Shown in pieces: positions 13,610-30,870 of a stretch of DNA of 64,000 nt. The stretch is from NCBI GenBank assembly GCA_002104945.1, contig MCFH01000012.1:744001-808000 (forward strand), in the 5' to 3' direction. Origin of the DNA: Piromyces finnis finn. Lineage: Eukaryota; Fungi; Neocallimastigomycota. The translations under genes and the position numbers were made by a program. The number at the start of each line of letters is the position of its first letter. Positions within the stretch are counted from its first letter, which is position 1. The notes below the pieces were generated by a model. It made no database searches, had not been told where the DNA came from, and worked only from the letters and a program-made list of their open reading frames with translations.

Positions 13610-16600
13610 TTATGGTTTAATAAATTTTCTTAATCTTGGGTTTGTTTTTACTGGAGGTGGTACATCCTTTGGTGGTCTATAATAATAATTCAAAAAATAA
13701 TATATAATATATATATATATTATTATTATTATATATATATATATATATTTTTTAATTTAGCAATGTAAAATATTTATATATATATTTATTTAAAATATAG
13801 TTTTATACGTTAATTGACTTACTTTGGCATGACAACTGTATTTATTATATTATTTTTTGAATTTTGTTGTTCTATTATCATATTCTAATATTTTATTAAA
13901 ATTATTAGTTTTTAAAAAAAGTATTAAAAAAAATTTTCACTATAAATATTTATCTTTTTTTTTTCTTTTTCATATTATAAAAAGTAAAAAAAAAAAAAAA
14001 AAAATACTTACATCATAGTTTAACTCATAAAGATATTTATTACTGTAATCATAATTTTAATCAGTGGATAAGACAAATTAGCGAGTGTGAATATTTATAG
14101 AAATTATTTGGGGAATTTTTTTTTTAGGGAGGTGTATTAAAATATATGAATTGGTAAATGTCAATGATTGTTTTTTTTTTTTAAAAAAAAAAAAAAAGTG
14201 ATTTTATAAAAATAACAACCAATTTTTTTTTCTTTTTTTTTAACTAATTAAAAACTAATTTTTCTTACAATATTTAAAAATCATTCTATTATTTACAAAA
14301 AAAATTAAACAAAAAAAAAATTCAATTTTTTTTTTAAACATAAATATATAAAAAAAAAAAAAGGTATATTAATAAAATTGTTTTATTAATGATTACTATT
14401 TCTATTTTTATATATTTATTATAATATCTTTCTTTTTTCTTCTTCTTTCAATTCTTTATACTATTACTATTTAAAACTACTATTAAAATTTAATTATTAT
14501 ACTTTTAAAACTAAAATTTTTATTAAAAATAAAATTTATATATAATATATAATATAATATTAAAAAAAAAAAAAAAGGTATGTTTATTTTTCTTGATATT
14601 TACTTCATTCTATTGTCTTCACCAAAATATTTTTGAGATTTTCCAAAGGGAGAAGTTGGCTTTTTAAATTCTTTTTCATTTTTATCATGTGGATTACCAT
14701 GATGATACATATAATTTTGTTGGGTGTAGGAATGCATTAACATATTGTCATTAATATCCATATCATATCTTCTATCCATTTTTTTGTTATAATCATCGGT
14801 GGTGATTGGACCGTGATAAATATCATTCATATTGGAATCCTTTGGCAATTGAATAGAGTAGTAACGTGTTCTACTGGTGTTACATGATAAATTTGATGGG
14901 GAACGACTATGACTATGACTTTTTATTATATTTCCAGGTAAAATTTGAGAAGAAGATGGAGATTTTGTAGAAATAGGTGATGGGGTTGGCGATATTGATT
15001 TTACCTTTTTTTTTAAGGACAAAGAATTAGACAAGGAATTACCAGGATTAAATGGACTATTTGTCTTACTTATAGTTTTAGGACTTCTAAAGTTTGATTG
15101 TACCTCCATTTTCTGATAATTTTCCTCTGATTTATAAAACATATTAATTTTATTCTTTAATTTTGAACTACCTGATCTCATTAATGAATCAGAATCTATC
15201 TTACGACTGGAGATTTTATTTTTAGTAAGAGGAGAATGGTCTAAACCTGAATCACTTTGGGAATTAATTTCGTTTAATAAGGCCTTCTTGTATAATTTTT
15301 CGGATTCATGATGATGATCTTTATCAATAGAAGAAGGAGGTGTCATTGAATTTATTTTTAAATGAGAGTGTGGATTAAAATATGAACCATTATTAGAATA
15401 AGGTTGTTGTTGCTGCTGTTGCTGTTGCTGTTGTTGTTGTTGTTGATGATGATGTTGTTGGTATTGAATAGAATTTTTATAATCATCTTGAGAATAATGA
15501 TGGTGATGATGATGATGTTGGTGTTGATGGGATTGTAATGGGGATAATTGTAATTGTTGTAATTGTTGTTGTTGTTCTTGTTGAATTAAATGATATTGTA
15601 ATTGTTGCTGTTGTTGTTGTTGTTGTTGTTGTTGTTGAAATTGCATTTGGGTATGTTGAGATTTTTGTTTTTGTCTTAATTGAACTTGTTGTTGTTTAAG
15701 TTTTAATATGGAATAATCTGGTGGAGAGTCATTATGATTAACATTGTTGTTATTATTATTGTTGTTGCTATTATTATTATTAATATTATTTAGACTTTCA
15801 CCAGAAGCAATGTTCAACACTTTAGAATTATTTTTAGAAAAAAGAGTGGTATATTTTGGAGATACAGCAGGACTTGTTTGCATTGAAGCAGAAATATTTG
15901 TTGTATCCATTTTAAAATTGGGTTTAATTTGATTTGTCATTGATTTTATATCGGTAGGTTTATTGTATATTCCACCAGATGTTTTTACTGCTAAATTGTT
16001 TGTATTACTTTCTAATTTATTATTGCTACATTCAGATAGTATATTTTCTTCAGACTTTTCTGGTATTTCCCTAAAAATGAATAATAATAAAATAAAAAAA
16101 GAGAAAGAGGGATAGAATAATATATTTGAAAAGAAAAAAAGAACAAAATGTAGATATGTATTAATGTATATATTTTATAGAAATAATTTAAAAAAAAAAT
16201 ATTAAATGTATCGTTGAGTTAATAAAAATTTATAATTTTATGATAAATAATTGTAAAAAAAAAAAAAGATAAAAATTACCAATCAAATGGAATATTTTTT
16301 GGTTTACCAGAACATTCAAATAATTTATCAAGAAGTTTATCAATATGATTATAATTTGGAGCATCTTCAAAATGTAATGATACTAAATAATTCATAATTT
16401 CCAAGAATGGTTTTGGTAAATTAGCTACTAAACTTTCATTTGTATATTTTTTCTTAAGTTCAGCAACCTTTTCTTTTTCTTTAACTTTCCAGGGAAGATC
16501 ACCTCTAACAAATTCAACCAACATATAAAACATAGACCAAAGGTCATCAACACGACCAAGATCACGTCCTTCATGAGCATTTATTGAAGCATATGCTACA

Positions 16601-17665
16601 GTTCCTCTAAAACCAACATGTTTTCTTTCTTCTCTTAAAACACCTTCTGAATTACGATAGGAACGACATAAACCAAAATCAATCATATAACATTTAGAAC
16701 GAGTGTATGTACCATTAGTACCATTTCCTGGTGGTGAAATTCCCATACAAAAATTACCAGGTTTAATATCACGATGTACTACACCTGCAACATTATGACA
16801 TACTTCAATAGCTCTTAAAATTTGTTTTCCAAGTAATGCAGTAGTTGCAATTGAAAATCTTTGACATTTTCTACGTAATTTTGATAAACTATAGTATAGA
16901 TATTTTTTTTTTAAAAAAAAATATACAAAATATAAAAATAGTTTAAAAATAAATAAAAGAAAAATGCATATACCATTAATACTTTTAATTATATTTCAAA
17001 AAAAGAAAAAAATCTTTTTTTTTTTTTTTTTTCTATATTCATAAAATAATTTTCATGGAATTTACCTTGAACCTAATAATTGCATAATAATATAATTATA
17101 GGTTGAATTAACTTTGGATTGAATAGTAAAACGACCATAAGCTTCTAATTTACAAAAATATGGGTATCCTATTTTTATTCATTTATATACATTATGAATG
17201 AATTAAAAACTTGTTAATATTTTTTAAAAAAAAAAAAAGGAGGGAAAAAGAGATAGTAGATATAATAGAATAGTTTATTCTTTTAAAAAATAAGTTTCAT
17301 TAACTCACCTTGAAGCTTTTTTAATACATCCATTTCCATTAAAAGTAAAGGTTTTCTTTTTTTAGAAGTATTATTTAAAGGTCCTTCAACCTTTACTGCA
17401 ACTTTTTCACCACTATATATATTAACAGCAGTATAAATTTCACCAAAAGCACCTTTACCTAAGGAATCAAGCTTGTATAATTTAATAAAAGAATAAAATT
17501 TTAATAATTTAGGTTACTTTTTCTTATTTTATTCTTTCTTTTTTTTTTCTTTTATTTTTTTTTTTAATAATTATTATAGTAATATATTATGTTATATATA
17601 TATAGTATTATAGAGTATATATATACCAATTTCCATTTCTTCTTGACAACAATTGAACTCAACAT
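13610..17665 (-). CDS. TTBK: Tau-tubulin kinase (TTBK)-like CK1-family Ser/Thr kinase, 8 coding exons (17665-17627, 17471-17309, 17168-17066, 16888-16280, 16070-14604, 14042-14012, 13884-13823, 13676-13610), 846 aa
   Basis: Kinase motifs LGKGAFGEIY, VAVKVE, HRDIKPGNF and DFGL are present. TTBK-type FRGTVAYASINAH and DLGRVDDLWSMFYMLVEFVRGDLPW are present. A long Q/H/S-rich tail follows. Exons sum to 2541 nt (847 codons including stop). Confidence 0.85.
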
Positions 17666-20600
17666 TATGATAATATTTTTAATAAAAAAAAAAAAAACTG
17701 AAATTACAAGGTTATAAAAAGTGAATTGGTTTTATATATTTTAATTAATTGAATTTTTTTTTTTTTTAATTTTAAATTCTTTAATTATTTCAAAATTTTT
17801 ATTAAATTTAATAATTTAAATATCAAAATAGAAAATATTCTTTTTTATATAGGTTATTTCCTTTTTTTCTTTTTTTATAGAGAATTGATATAAAATAATA
17901 AAGTGTTATAGTTTTTTGTATTTTATATAAATATGTAATGATATTATGTATTTTTTTTTAAAAATGCAAAATTTTGTATAAATCTTTGTGATTTATTGTA
18001 TAAATGTATCCAAACAAAATTGTCAATTAGTTGTTATTATTTACATAGGTTAAAATATTAATAATTATATATATCTATAGGTATATTTCAATTTGGTTTT
18101 TATATTATTAAACAAGTTAATATTTCAAAAAATGTCGACGTTTATCTATAGAGATAGATAGATATTTTTTTTAAAAAAAAAAAAAAAAAAAAAGATATTG
18201 AAAAAAGAATTGTGTTTCTTCTTTTAAAACATTGTTAATAATGTAAAAAGAAAAATAGTTTTTATTGATATCCAAACTATCCTTTTTTTTCCTCTTCTTT
18301 CCTCTGCTATTTCTATTTTTTTTATCAAAAATAACAATTAAAAACAAAGAAAGAAAAGAAAGAAAAATGACTTTTATTTGATAATGAATTAAACTTTTTT
18401 TAAAATTTTAATTTTTTTTTTTTTTAATTAAATATTAAAAAATTTAAAAATTTAAAAATAAATTAAATTTTTTATATTAATTGATTTTCTCTATAAAAAT
18501 TTAAATTAATTAAAAATTTTAATTTGAAGCTGTACAAACACACAACCCACACACAACACAGCAAGCACATACCACTTTTAATAACGACAAGCATCTTTTT
18601 TTTTTTTTAGGTATTTAAGAAAAGTATTTAGGAAATATATAAATAAATCAACATTATGATAAATAAAAAAACAAGGTTAAAAAAAACAATAATAATAAAT
18701 AAAATTATAAAATTAATAATTATTTAAAAAAAAAAAAAATTATTAATAAGGAATATAAAAAAAAAAAAAAGAATGTCTTAAAATTTACTACACTAAAAAT
18801 ATAAAGAAAAGAATATTATCATTGTTTATCAGCACAGTAGAAACAAAAAACATAAAACAAAATACTTTTCTAGTATTGATTTATTTTTATATGAAAATAA
18901 TTAATAAATTAAATTCTTTTTGTTTCATTAAACATCTAACCCCAATACATCCTAATAAATTAATAAATAATAGAAACACACAAGTTAATATTCTTTTTTT
19001 TTTTTTACCCATTGAATTGAATAGTTAAATTCTAATTCATAATAAAATTGAAAATGCCTTATTATTATAATATTAAAATGTATTTTTTTTTTATATATTT
19101 CAACGCAATTAATAATTTAAATAATAATTATTTACTTTTTTTGTTTATCTATTAGAATAGTGTTCTTTTTTATTTATTTTTTAATCAAGAATATTATATT
19201 TAATTCTATAATTTAAAATAGAGTGTCTATGTAAATATTTATATGTAATATAAAAAAGAAAAACACATCCATTCTTTAATATTCCTTATTCCTAATGGCT
19301 ATAATATTAAAATTATTAATAAAAATTAATATAAACAACTAATTAATAATATTTATTAATTTTATTTAATGTCTTTCTTTTTTAACATTTTAGATTTTAT
19401 CAATTAATTCGATTTAAAGTTTTATTAAAAAAAGATATTTACATTACAATTACAATTGTTTATTATTTTCAATGATTTAATGGATACATCTTTTTTTTAT
19501 TTTATTATTATTATTAATTTATATTGAAAAAAAAATGTGACAGATAGGAAATATAATGTTAAAACCCATGTAAATACATACATATACTTTAACACAAACA
19601 CACGCAATAATAATATCCCTCTTTTTATCATCATTCTATACATTTTAATAATTGTGGCTATTAAGTTGTTTAAATTTAGATTTCATTGATTTTTTTTATA
19701 AAATAAATAAAAATTAAAATGGAATAACAAACATTTAGTGTAGTTTTTTTTTTGAGAGAGTGAATTTTATATTAATAATTGATCATATAAAAAACTTTGA
19801 TTTTAATTATACCAATGAGTAACTTAAAATTTAATTCATAATTTTAAAATATAAATTAAAGTAAAAATGAATAAAATTATAATTAATTTTATTATTTTCT
19901 CTTTTTTCTTTAATTTCTATCAGTTTTTCTTAACACTGGTCATCGTCATTTCTCTAACTGTTTCTTGTAACTTTTTAAGAATTTGGTTGTTTCACTTTTT
20001 TAATTAATATCCAAATTAATTAAAAAAATTATTTTAATTAATCCATAAATATAAATTACATATATTACAATAAATACTAATATATTAAGATTTTAAATCT
20101 AAGAAAATAATTATTGTAAAAGCAAAAGTTGGAAAGTAGAAAAAAAAAACTATTTTTATTATATATATATAGTTATCTTTACAAGTTTTAAGTACTATGG
20201 ATACTATGTATTCTCTGAATACTATGGATGCATTTAAAGCTTCGAGTATCGAAAATGATTAAATTGGATGAATATTGTCAATTTTGATTTATATCATCTT
20301 TTCTCTTTATTTTTATTATAAATAAAAAAAAAAACTACTACTAGTTATATTGGTTATATCATTGTATTTAATAGTATCAACAGTCACACTTTATATAATC
20401 CAAATTCATATATATAATAAAGTTATTTACTTCTTTTTTTTTATAAAAAAATAAAATATTAAAGTGCATAATTACCCTAAATGTTAAATTAACATTTTAA
20501 AAAAAGGATTATTAAGAGATGGTTTTATTAGTTTGGTGATTTTTAAAGTAAAATTTAAAGTAATATCTTTATTTATAATCTATAAAAATAGAAATGTGTA

Positions 20601-21724
20601 ACTGTGTATCTGTGTGCATTAACCATTAAACATAAAATACAAATTATGATTATGATTATGATTACATATGTATATATTGAAACTTTAGTTAAAACTTTTT
20701 CTAAAATATATAAATAATATTATCCTATCGGTAATTATTAAAAAAATATTAAATTCGTTTTTAATAATAATAAATATATTAAAAGTCTTTTAATAAAACT
20801 AAATATTTACTTTCGAGGCCATCTTGTTTATAAATTTTACTATTAACGTTTTATACGGAAAATCAATGTAAACTACGACAGAAAATAACAATGAAATTAG
20901 TTTAATAATATAAACATGATTATATATTTATTATATAAATAAGAATTGGTTCAATACAATAATATTTAATGCTATTAATGGTTTAACCTACTTTTAATAG
21001 TTTATATTATATCTATTCTTTTTTTTTTTTTTTTATACTTTATAATTTCAAGGTTTCAATCTAATTCTAAAAGATTAGAGTTTCATAGTTTTATTCAAGT
21101 ATTTTTATTACTATTATTATTATAAAAAATAAATTTATATAATAACAAAGAAATTACTGTTAAATTTTAAAATACATAGGTTTATACGATGATTATCCTT
21201 AAATGTTATCTATTTTCAAGTTATTTACTTTTTTTTTTTCCAGCTGTTCATGCCAAAAAAAAGTTGACTTTACAAAATTTTGACATTTTTTGTAGATGTG
21301 GCGTAGTGATGAATTACATTTTATATTTGCCACTACAAATTAATATTTTTATATTGTAATAATAATGTATAATACATTTTCCCATGTTTTTCCTACATAA
21401 TGTAAAAGATAATAGGCTAAAAAAAAAAAAAAAAAAAGGTAAAAATCATAAATTTTTTCTTTCTTTTTTTTTTTTTTTATTTTTAATTGAGTTTTTTTTA
21501 TTATTTTTTTATTTTATCATTTTGACGAAAAGAAAAGTTATTATGATACATCAATAATAATAATATCATAATACTTTGAAAAAGTCAACATTAAAAGTTT
21601 TTTTTTTATAGAATTTTATTTATATTTAAAATACTTACCACCCAATAATAAGACATATACATTTATCATAGAAATTATAATTAAAAGAATATTTGTATAA
21701 TCAATAATCAATTAATAATTCAAT

Positions 21725-24700
21725 ATGAACTCAATACCTACTTCATTAGAAATTTTAAAGAATTCTTGTTCACACATTGACAATGCATTAACAAAAGATT
21801 TAAAATTAGCTCATAAATCTTCAGAAAGTATTTTAAGTACGTTTAATGTCCATCTCAATTATATTTTTATTATAGAATTGAAAAAGATTATATTTTCCAA
21901 CATTCCCAAAATAATATTATCTACTCCAAATAATACTAGATTTTTTTTTTTTTTTTTGATTCCGATAATTTTTTAATCGTGAATTTATGAATATTAATTT
22001 TTTTATCATTTTGGAAAAGCTATAGCTATATATATTAAAGTGTATATTAACCCAATATTATAAATATTTAATGTATTTTTCATCATATAGCCAATCCACC
22101 AGATTCATATTTTGGTGATAGACAAATTATATACAAGAAACGTACTATAACTCTTCCTGATGCTCTTTTTGAACAATACGATTGTAATTATAGTTTATTA
22201 TATATAAACTTATTTTGATAAAATTTATTTCAAATCATTAAAAATGTATATTATACGTATATAAATATATGAAAAGCCCTTCAATGTAAATGCTTTATGG
22301 GTTTATTCCCAGAAATTAATAGAGCTTGGATTACCATAGATCATAGATTATTTTTATGGAATTTCGAAGATGGGTATGTTTAGAATTGTATTTTATTAGA
22401 TAAAATTAGTAATAATAAAGTAAATATGTGGAATTTTAATAATATTATAAATGTATATCAAAATAATATATATTAGATCTGATTTTTATGTTTTTGAAGG
22501 TCAAGAACAAGTTATTGTTAGTGTTGGTTTAGTAAAACCAATTCCAGGTAGATAATCATGATGAAGTAAAAAAAAATAATATTCAGATAGTTATAAACAG
22601 AAAAATAATTAATTTTTATCTTTTTTTAAATATAAATTTTGAAAAAAAATAATCATTGAAATCAACATCAATGACAATAAAAATTCAACACTTTTCAAAT
22701 ATCTTTTTTAAACAATTCAATTTAAATTAAAAAGGTGTTTTCGTTGATGGAATTGAATATATTATTTTATTAGCCACCCCAATAGAAATTATTTTCTTAG
22801 GTGTTGCATTTGATAAACCACATAATCCAAGAAGTGAATTAACATTATACCTAACTCATATGAGTATTCCATCTGATAATGTTAGTATGACTTCTATTGT
22901 TGGTACTTCAAACGGTAGAATATTTATGTGTGGTAACAATGGTCACATTTATGAACTTCAATATCAAGTAAATAATTCAATAATTTCAAAAAAAAAAAAT
23001 AATATAATATTAGAATGAAATTTTAAAATAGGAAATAAAAAAAATAATTAATCAATTTCATTTATATTTTTCAATACATAAAATAAAAATTTAAAAAAGG
23101 CTGCTGATGGTTGGTTTACAAGAAAATGTAGAAAAATTAATAGATCTTCCAATGCATACACTAATTTAATTCCAACTTTCTTAAAATTAAATCAAGATGG
23201 TAATTTAAAAATAACAATGCCTATTAAATTATTAATTATCTATTTAATTGTTCTTTTTACTATTAGACCATTAACATATTGATATATTAATATATATGTA
23301 ATACTTTTATGCACACTCTTTCTCTCTCTCTCTTTTTTTTTTCTTCACATATTTAAATATTAGAACGTATTGTTAGTATAGCTGTTGATGAAATTCGTCA
23401 CTTATTATACACTTTAACAAATAAATCAAATATCGAAGTAATTATCACCTGAAAATATATTTCTTTTTTTTATATTGAATCAAAATGAAAACATGACCTA
23501 TTAAACCTAATTTATTGTGTAATAAAATTTTACTAGGTAATTTATTTGGGTGAAAATATGAATGATTTCCAAAGATTATTCAAATTAACAGATTTATGTA
23601 GACAAACCTCAGATATATCATCTGAATTTGTTGATCCAAAGAATTTCCAAATTGTTTCAATTCATACTATATTACCATTAGAATCAAAGATCTTGAATTT
23701 AGTTGCAGTTACATCTACTGGTATATATCATTACAATAACAATATAAAAAAGAACCATATAAACATGTTATATATTGCAATTATGTTAACCTGCCATTAA
23801 TTAAATCCTTTTTTTTCTGCTATTATTATTATTGTAATGTAATCATACTAAAATAGGTTTAAGATTATATTTCTCAGGGTCATCACCTGTTCAATCTTAC
23901 ATGCCATTCCGTAATAGAGTCAATGCTCCACCAGAAAACTTTAGATTAATACACGTCAGACCACCACCAATTATTAATCAAGAACAAGGTAATGGTTACT
24001 ATCCAAGAATCAGTAACCCACAAATGTCTGTTCATATTGCTGATTATTCTGGTGGTGTGTTACTAGCAAGTAACGCTGTTAGTGAAGAAATGGATGTTTT
24101 AATAGGAATGGCTCCATACATGCCATCTGTTATTCACGTAATTAATTTTATAAAATTAACTTTTTTGTATTGGACAATATTATTAATAATACTATTCTTA
24201 ATAATGTATTTTATGTATATATACTATTTTAAACATTATAAATATTACTTTTTTTTTTTTTATTATTAAATACCTATCATTGACATGCAACGATGGATGG
24301 ATTAATAATATAATATATTAAATAATTGTATTTATTTGGATCAAAACATTACATTTATTCTACCAACAGGAACAAGGTTTCTCTGAATTAGTTTCAACAA
24401 TTCCTATTGAAGGAAAAACATGGGCAATTGCTGAAGTTCCAAATTCATTTACAGCAAAATTATTAGATAATAAAAATAATGATGATGTCGATTTAATTTG
24501 TAATGAATTAGTAAGTCAACACTTTTTCCCAGTTAGACATTTCTTAGTTTTAACAAATTCTGGTGTCACTGTATTAGCTCAACAACGTCCAATTGATTAT
24601 TTAAATAGTTTATTAGAAAATTATGATGAAGATTTAAGTTCAATTCGTTCCTTCTTTGAATTCTATACACCAGAACAAGCATGTGCTATGTGTTTAGCCA

Positions 24701-27475
24701 TTACTTGTGGTCATCCATATGCTACTAATTCTACTCCAGGATTACCATCTTATTTAAGTATTGCTCCATCAATTCCAGTTATTGACGCTGCAAAGAGATG
24801 CTTCTTTGAATTTGGTGGATACCCAACCTTCACTGGAAGACCATTCAGAAATGATGTTGTCAGTGATGTTGGTAGACCATTAACCATTCCAGAACCAGTA
24901 TTCAGTGGCAAACACAATGGTCTTGTTCTTTACTTGACTCGTTTATTACGTTCTATTTGGAAACAAAATATCACCAAAAAAATTAATAAGGGTAACAAAA
25001 AGAAGCAAGAAATTAGTTTCACTGATCAAGATTTACTTTCCGTTCAAAAGAATTTAAGCTCCTTAAATCAATTCTTTGTTCAAAATCCACAATTTTCTTC
25101 TTTACCACATCCAACAGATGAAACTTTAAGAGCTGCTTCTTACCAAGAAAAATTAGAAGCTGATGCCTTCCAAGCTGAAAAACAATCTCTTTACGCTTTA
25201 CATCAATTATTAGAAAATTGTATTCAAGCCATCTCTTTCTTATTATTATTATTCGATTATGACTTTTCTGGTATTATTCAAAATCTTCCAGAACAAACTC
25301 AAAATGAATTATCAGAAATTACTTTTGAAAGTTTAGTATGTACTGCTAAGGGACGTGAAATTGCAAGATATATTGTTGCTGAATTAATTAACAAACAAAT
25401 CGATGAACATATCGGTATTGATATTTTAAGCGATCTCTTACAACAAAATTGCCCATCATTCTGTACCGCTGATGATGTTATTTTCTATCGTGCTGTTGAA
25501 TACTTACAAAAGGCCAAGAATACTCAAAACCTTTTAGAAAAGGAAAAACTCTTGAATGAATCCTTGAAATTCTTTACCAAGGTTGCTAACCAAATTGATC
25601 AAGAAAAATTAACTAGCATAGTAGAAAGCTTCAAATCCATCAACTATTACCACGGCATTATTGAAATAGCTTTAATTTGTGCTCAAGAATGGGATCCATC
25701 TGATCTTGCCAAATCTTGCTATGATGAAAATGTTCCAGAAAACGATTATCGTATTGATATCTTAAAGAAGAGAAAGTATTGCTATGCTTTAGCTTTCAAT
25801 GGATTAGAAGCTGCCAATATTGCTGCTGCAAATGCATCTATTAATAAGCAACCAGGATCAGCTATCACTGAAGCTATTCTTAGCAGTCAAAGTAAGGCTA
25901 AAGAAAAGATTCTTGCTTCACAAGATATTTTATTCCACTACCACATTTATCAATGGCTTATTGAACAAGGTTCTATTGATCAATTATTAGAATTCAACAC
26001 CCCATTCTTGGAAGAATTCCTTATCAAGAATCCAACTCCAGATTTAGAAAAGGCCAATCTCCTTTGGAGATACTATGTTAGAAACAAGCAATTATTAAAG
26101 GCTGCCAATACCTTGGAACAATTAGCTGAAACTGATGAATTTGATATTGATTTACAACAAAGATTAGAATATTTATCATTAGCTGTTACTCATGCTAAGG
26201 GTTACACTACCAATAATAAGGATAGCAGTATCTTCCTTTTAGATTTAGAAGAAAAGCTTGAAGTAGCCCAAGTACAATCTATTATCTACAGAAAGATTCA
26301 AAGTCTTTCAAATGAAAACAAGGAATATATTCAACATTACTTACAAGAATTAAATAGTAAATTAATGGATATTTCACAATTATACAACCAATATGCTCGT
26401 CCATTAGGATTACACGAAGAAGAATTATTAATTTTCTATACCTCTGGTTATAAGGATCCACAATTAATTGAATCTACCTGGAATGGCATTATTAATAACA
26501 CTCTCAAATCTGATATAGAAGCTGATATTCATCAAAAGTTTGATATCATTGCTAATATTGTTATTCGTTTAGGAAAGAAGTTCTATCCAAATGAAGACGT
26601 TTTCCCATTATGTAAATATATGATATAATAGGATATATATATATTTTTGCCAGAAAAAATTAAAAAAAAAAAAACTACACTATTATTTTTTAATCCTTAT
26701 TATATTCCATATGAAATGTATATTCAATTCTAATATACCTATATTTATAATTCATTTTATAGATGTTTTATGTAATATGTTAGAAAATCTAGAATACCAA
26801 GAAATGAATGTAATAGGAAGAGGTTGGGCCATTAATATAATGCGTGAAGTTGGTGTTACCTATCTTGCTTTATTTGAAGTCTTTAACGAAATATACGAAA
26901 AGAGAGTAATTATTTTCCTTTTTAATAATGAAAAATATATATATATATATATAATCATACACTTAAAAATAATAGCACTAGGAATGAATAGAACAACACA
27001 TATATATAAATTACTGAATAAATTTTATTAATGATTTATTTTATTAACAAAAATTTTTAATACGATAGAATTCCCCATGGCATTCTGAAGTTGGTGTAAA
27101 CTTTTTAATTGAAAACATTTGTATATTGGTCAAGGAATGGTTAAAGAATGAGAATAGAAAGTAATAATAATAATAATAATAATAATAAAATTTTTTATAA
27201 TACATATATATATTTATTTTTACAAAATATGAAATATAGATGTATATATATATATATATTTCGTATTAACTGTAAAATATACACGATATTGATATGTATT
27301 TCATTGACAATTGTCTATATTAACTCTTTTTTTTTTTTTATATATATATATTTATAGCGATATACCAATAAAACTTATTGATGAAGCTTTAACTAAATAC
27401 ATTATGCAATGTTCAAATTCAACTGTAGAAGAAGAATTAAAAAGTATTCAAAAGCATATTAGAGATATTTATTAA
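21725..27475 (+). CDS. NUP170: Nucleoporin Nup170/Nup157 (Nup155 family), multi-exon, including one 2242-nt exon at 24370-26611
   Basis: N-terminal signature [32 protein letters not shown]. Further family motifs include [53 protein letters not shown] and [13 protein letters not shown]. Stop TAA at 27473-27475. Confidence 0.95.
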
Positions 27476-28478
27476 TTTTGCCTAATTTAAAATAAAAAAA
27501 AAAAAAAAAAATCAACAAGTTTAGAACCCCTTACACTCTCCCCACCAATAATTATAATTATTTTAATAATTAGCAATGAATCCATCCAATTTCCTACACA
27601 CTCACATTTTATAATTTTTAAATACAATTAATTCAATTAAAAAAAAAAAAAAAGAACTAATATTTAAAATTTATTATCAGGAGTAACAAGCAATTTTACA
27701 GAAAAGATGAAGGCGAAGACTAAAAAAAGAAGAGAAAAAAAAAAAAAAAAAAAAAAACAAAGATAAAAGAATAAATGAAAAAAAAAAAAAAAATTAATAG
27801 TGTATCATTAATTTATTATTTTTTTTATTCACATTCTTTTTAGTATATTTTTATATCAATACTTTTTTTTTTTTCCTTCTTCTTTCTTTCTAATTAATAT
27901 TTATATACAATTTTTCATTATCCTTTTTTTTATTTTTTTTTTATTTTACTAAAACAATATTATATTAATTAATATTATTATAATTCATTTCTTTTTTAAT
28001 GTTTGATATATATACTTTATTTAATTTTTATATTTATATATATTTCAATAGGTTATAGTTAATTTATACAACATTATTAAATAAAATAAAATAAAATAAA
28101 ATAAATAAATAAATAAATAAATAAATAAAAAAAAAACATATTTAATAATTCTTTAAAGTCGTCTTTTTCTTGAAAAAAGGTTTCTTTTTTGGTAATGAAA
28201 CTTTGTACAAAATTTAATTAAACTTCCAATCAATTATTTTTATTTTCTTTTTTTCAATTTTTAATAATGAAAAAAAATGTATTAAAAAAAAAAACTTTGA
28301 AATTTTTGTGGGTGGAACCTTTCCATTATTCATTTTTTATTCTATGAAAAATACATATTTTTTTATATATATATATAAATATATAAATAAATAAAAACCA
28401 AAACAATAAAAGTGCAATACTATAAATACACAAGGCATAAATAATATTAAGTAAAAGAGAATATCTAATTTTTTTTCG

Positions 28479-30870
<2,392 letters not shown>

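Noticed and set aside
21290-21340. TGATGA (box C-like) inside a short gtagtg/cactac stem
   Set aside because: No properly placed CTGA box D and only a 6-bp stem; not enough for a snoRNA call.
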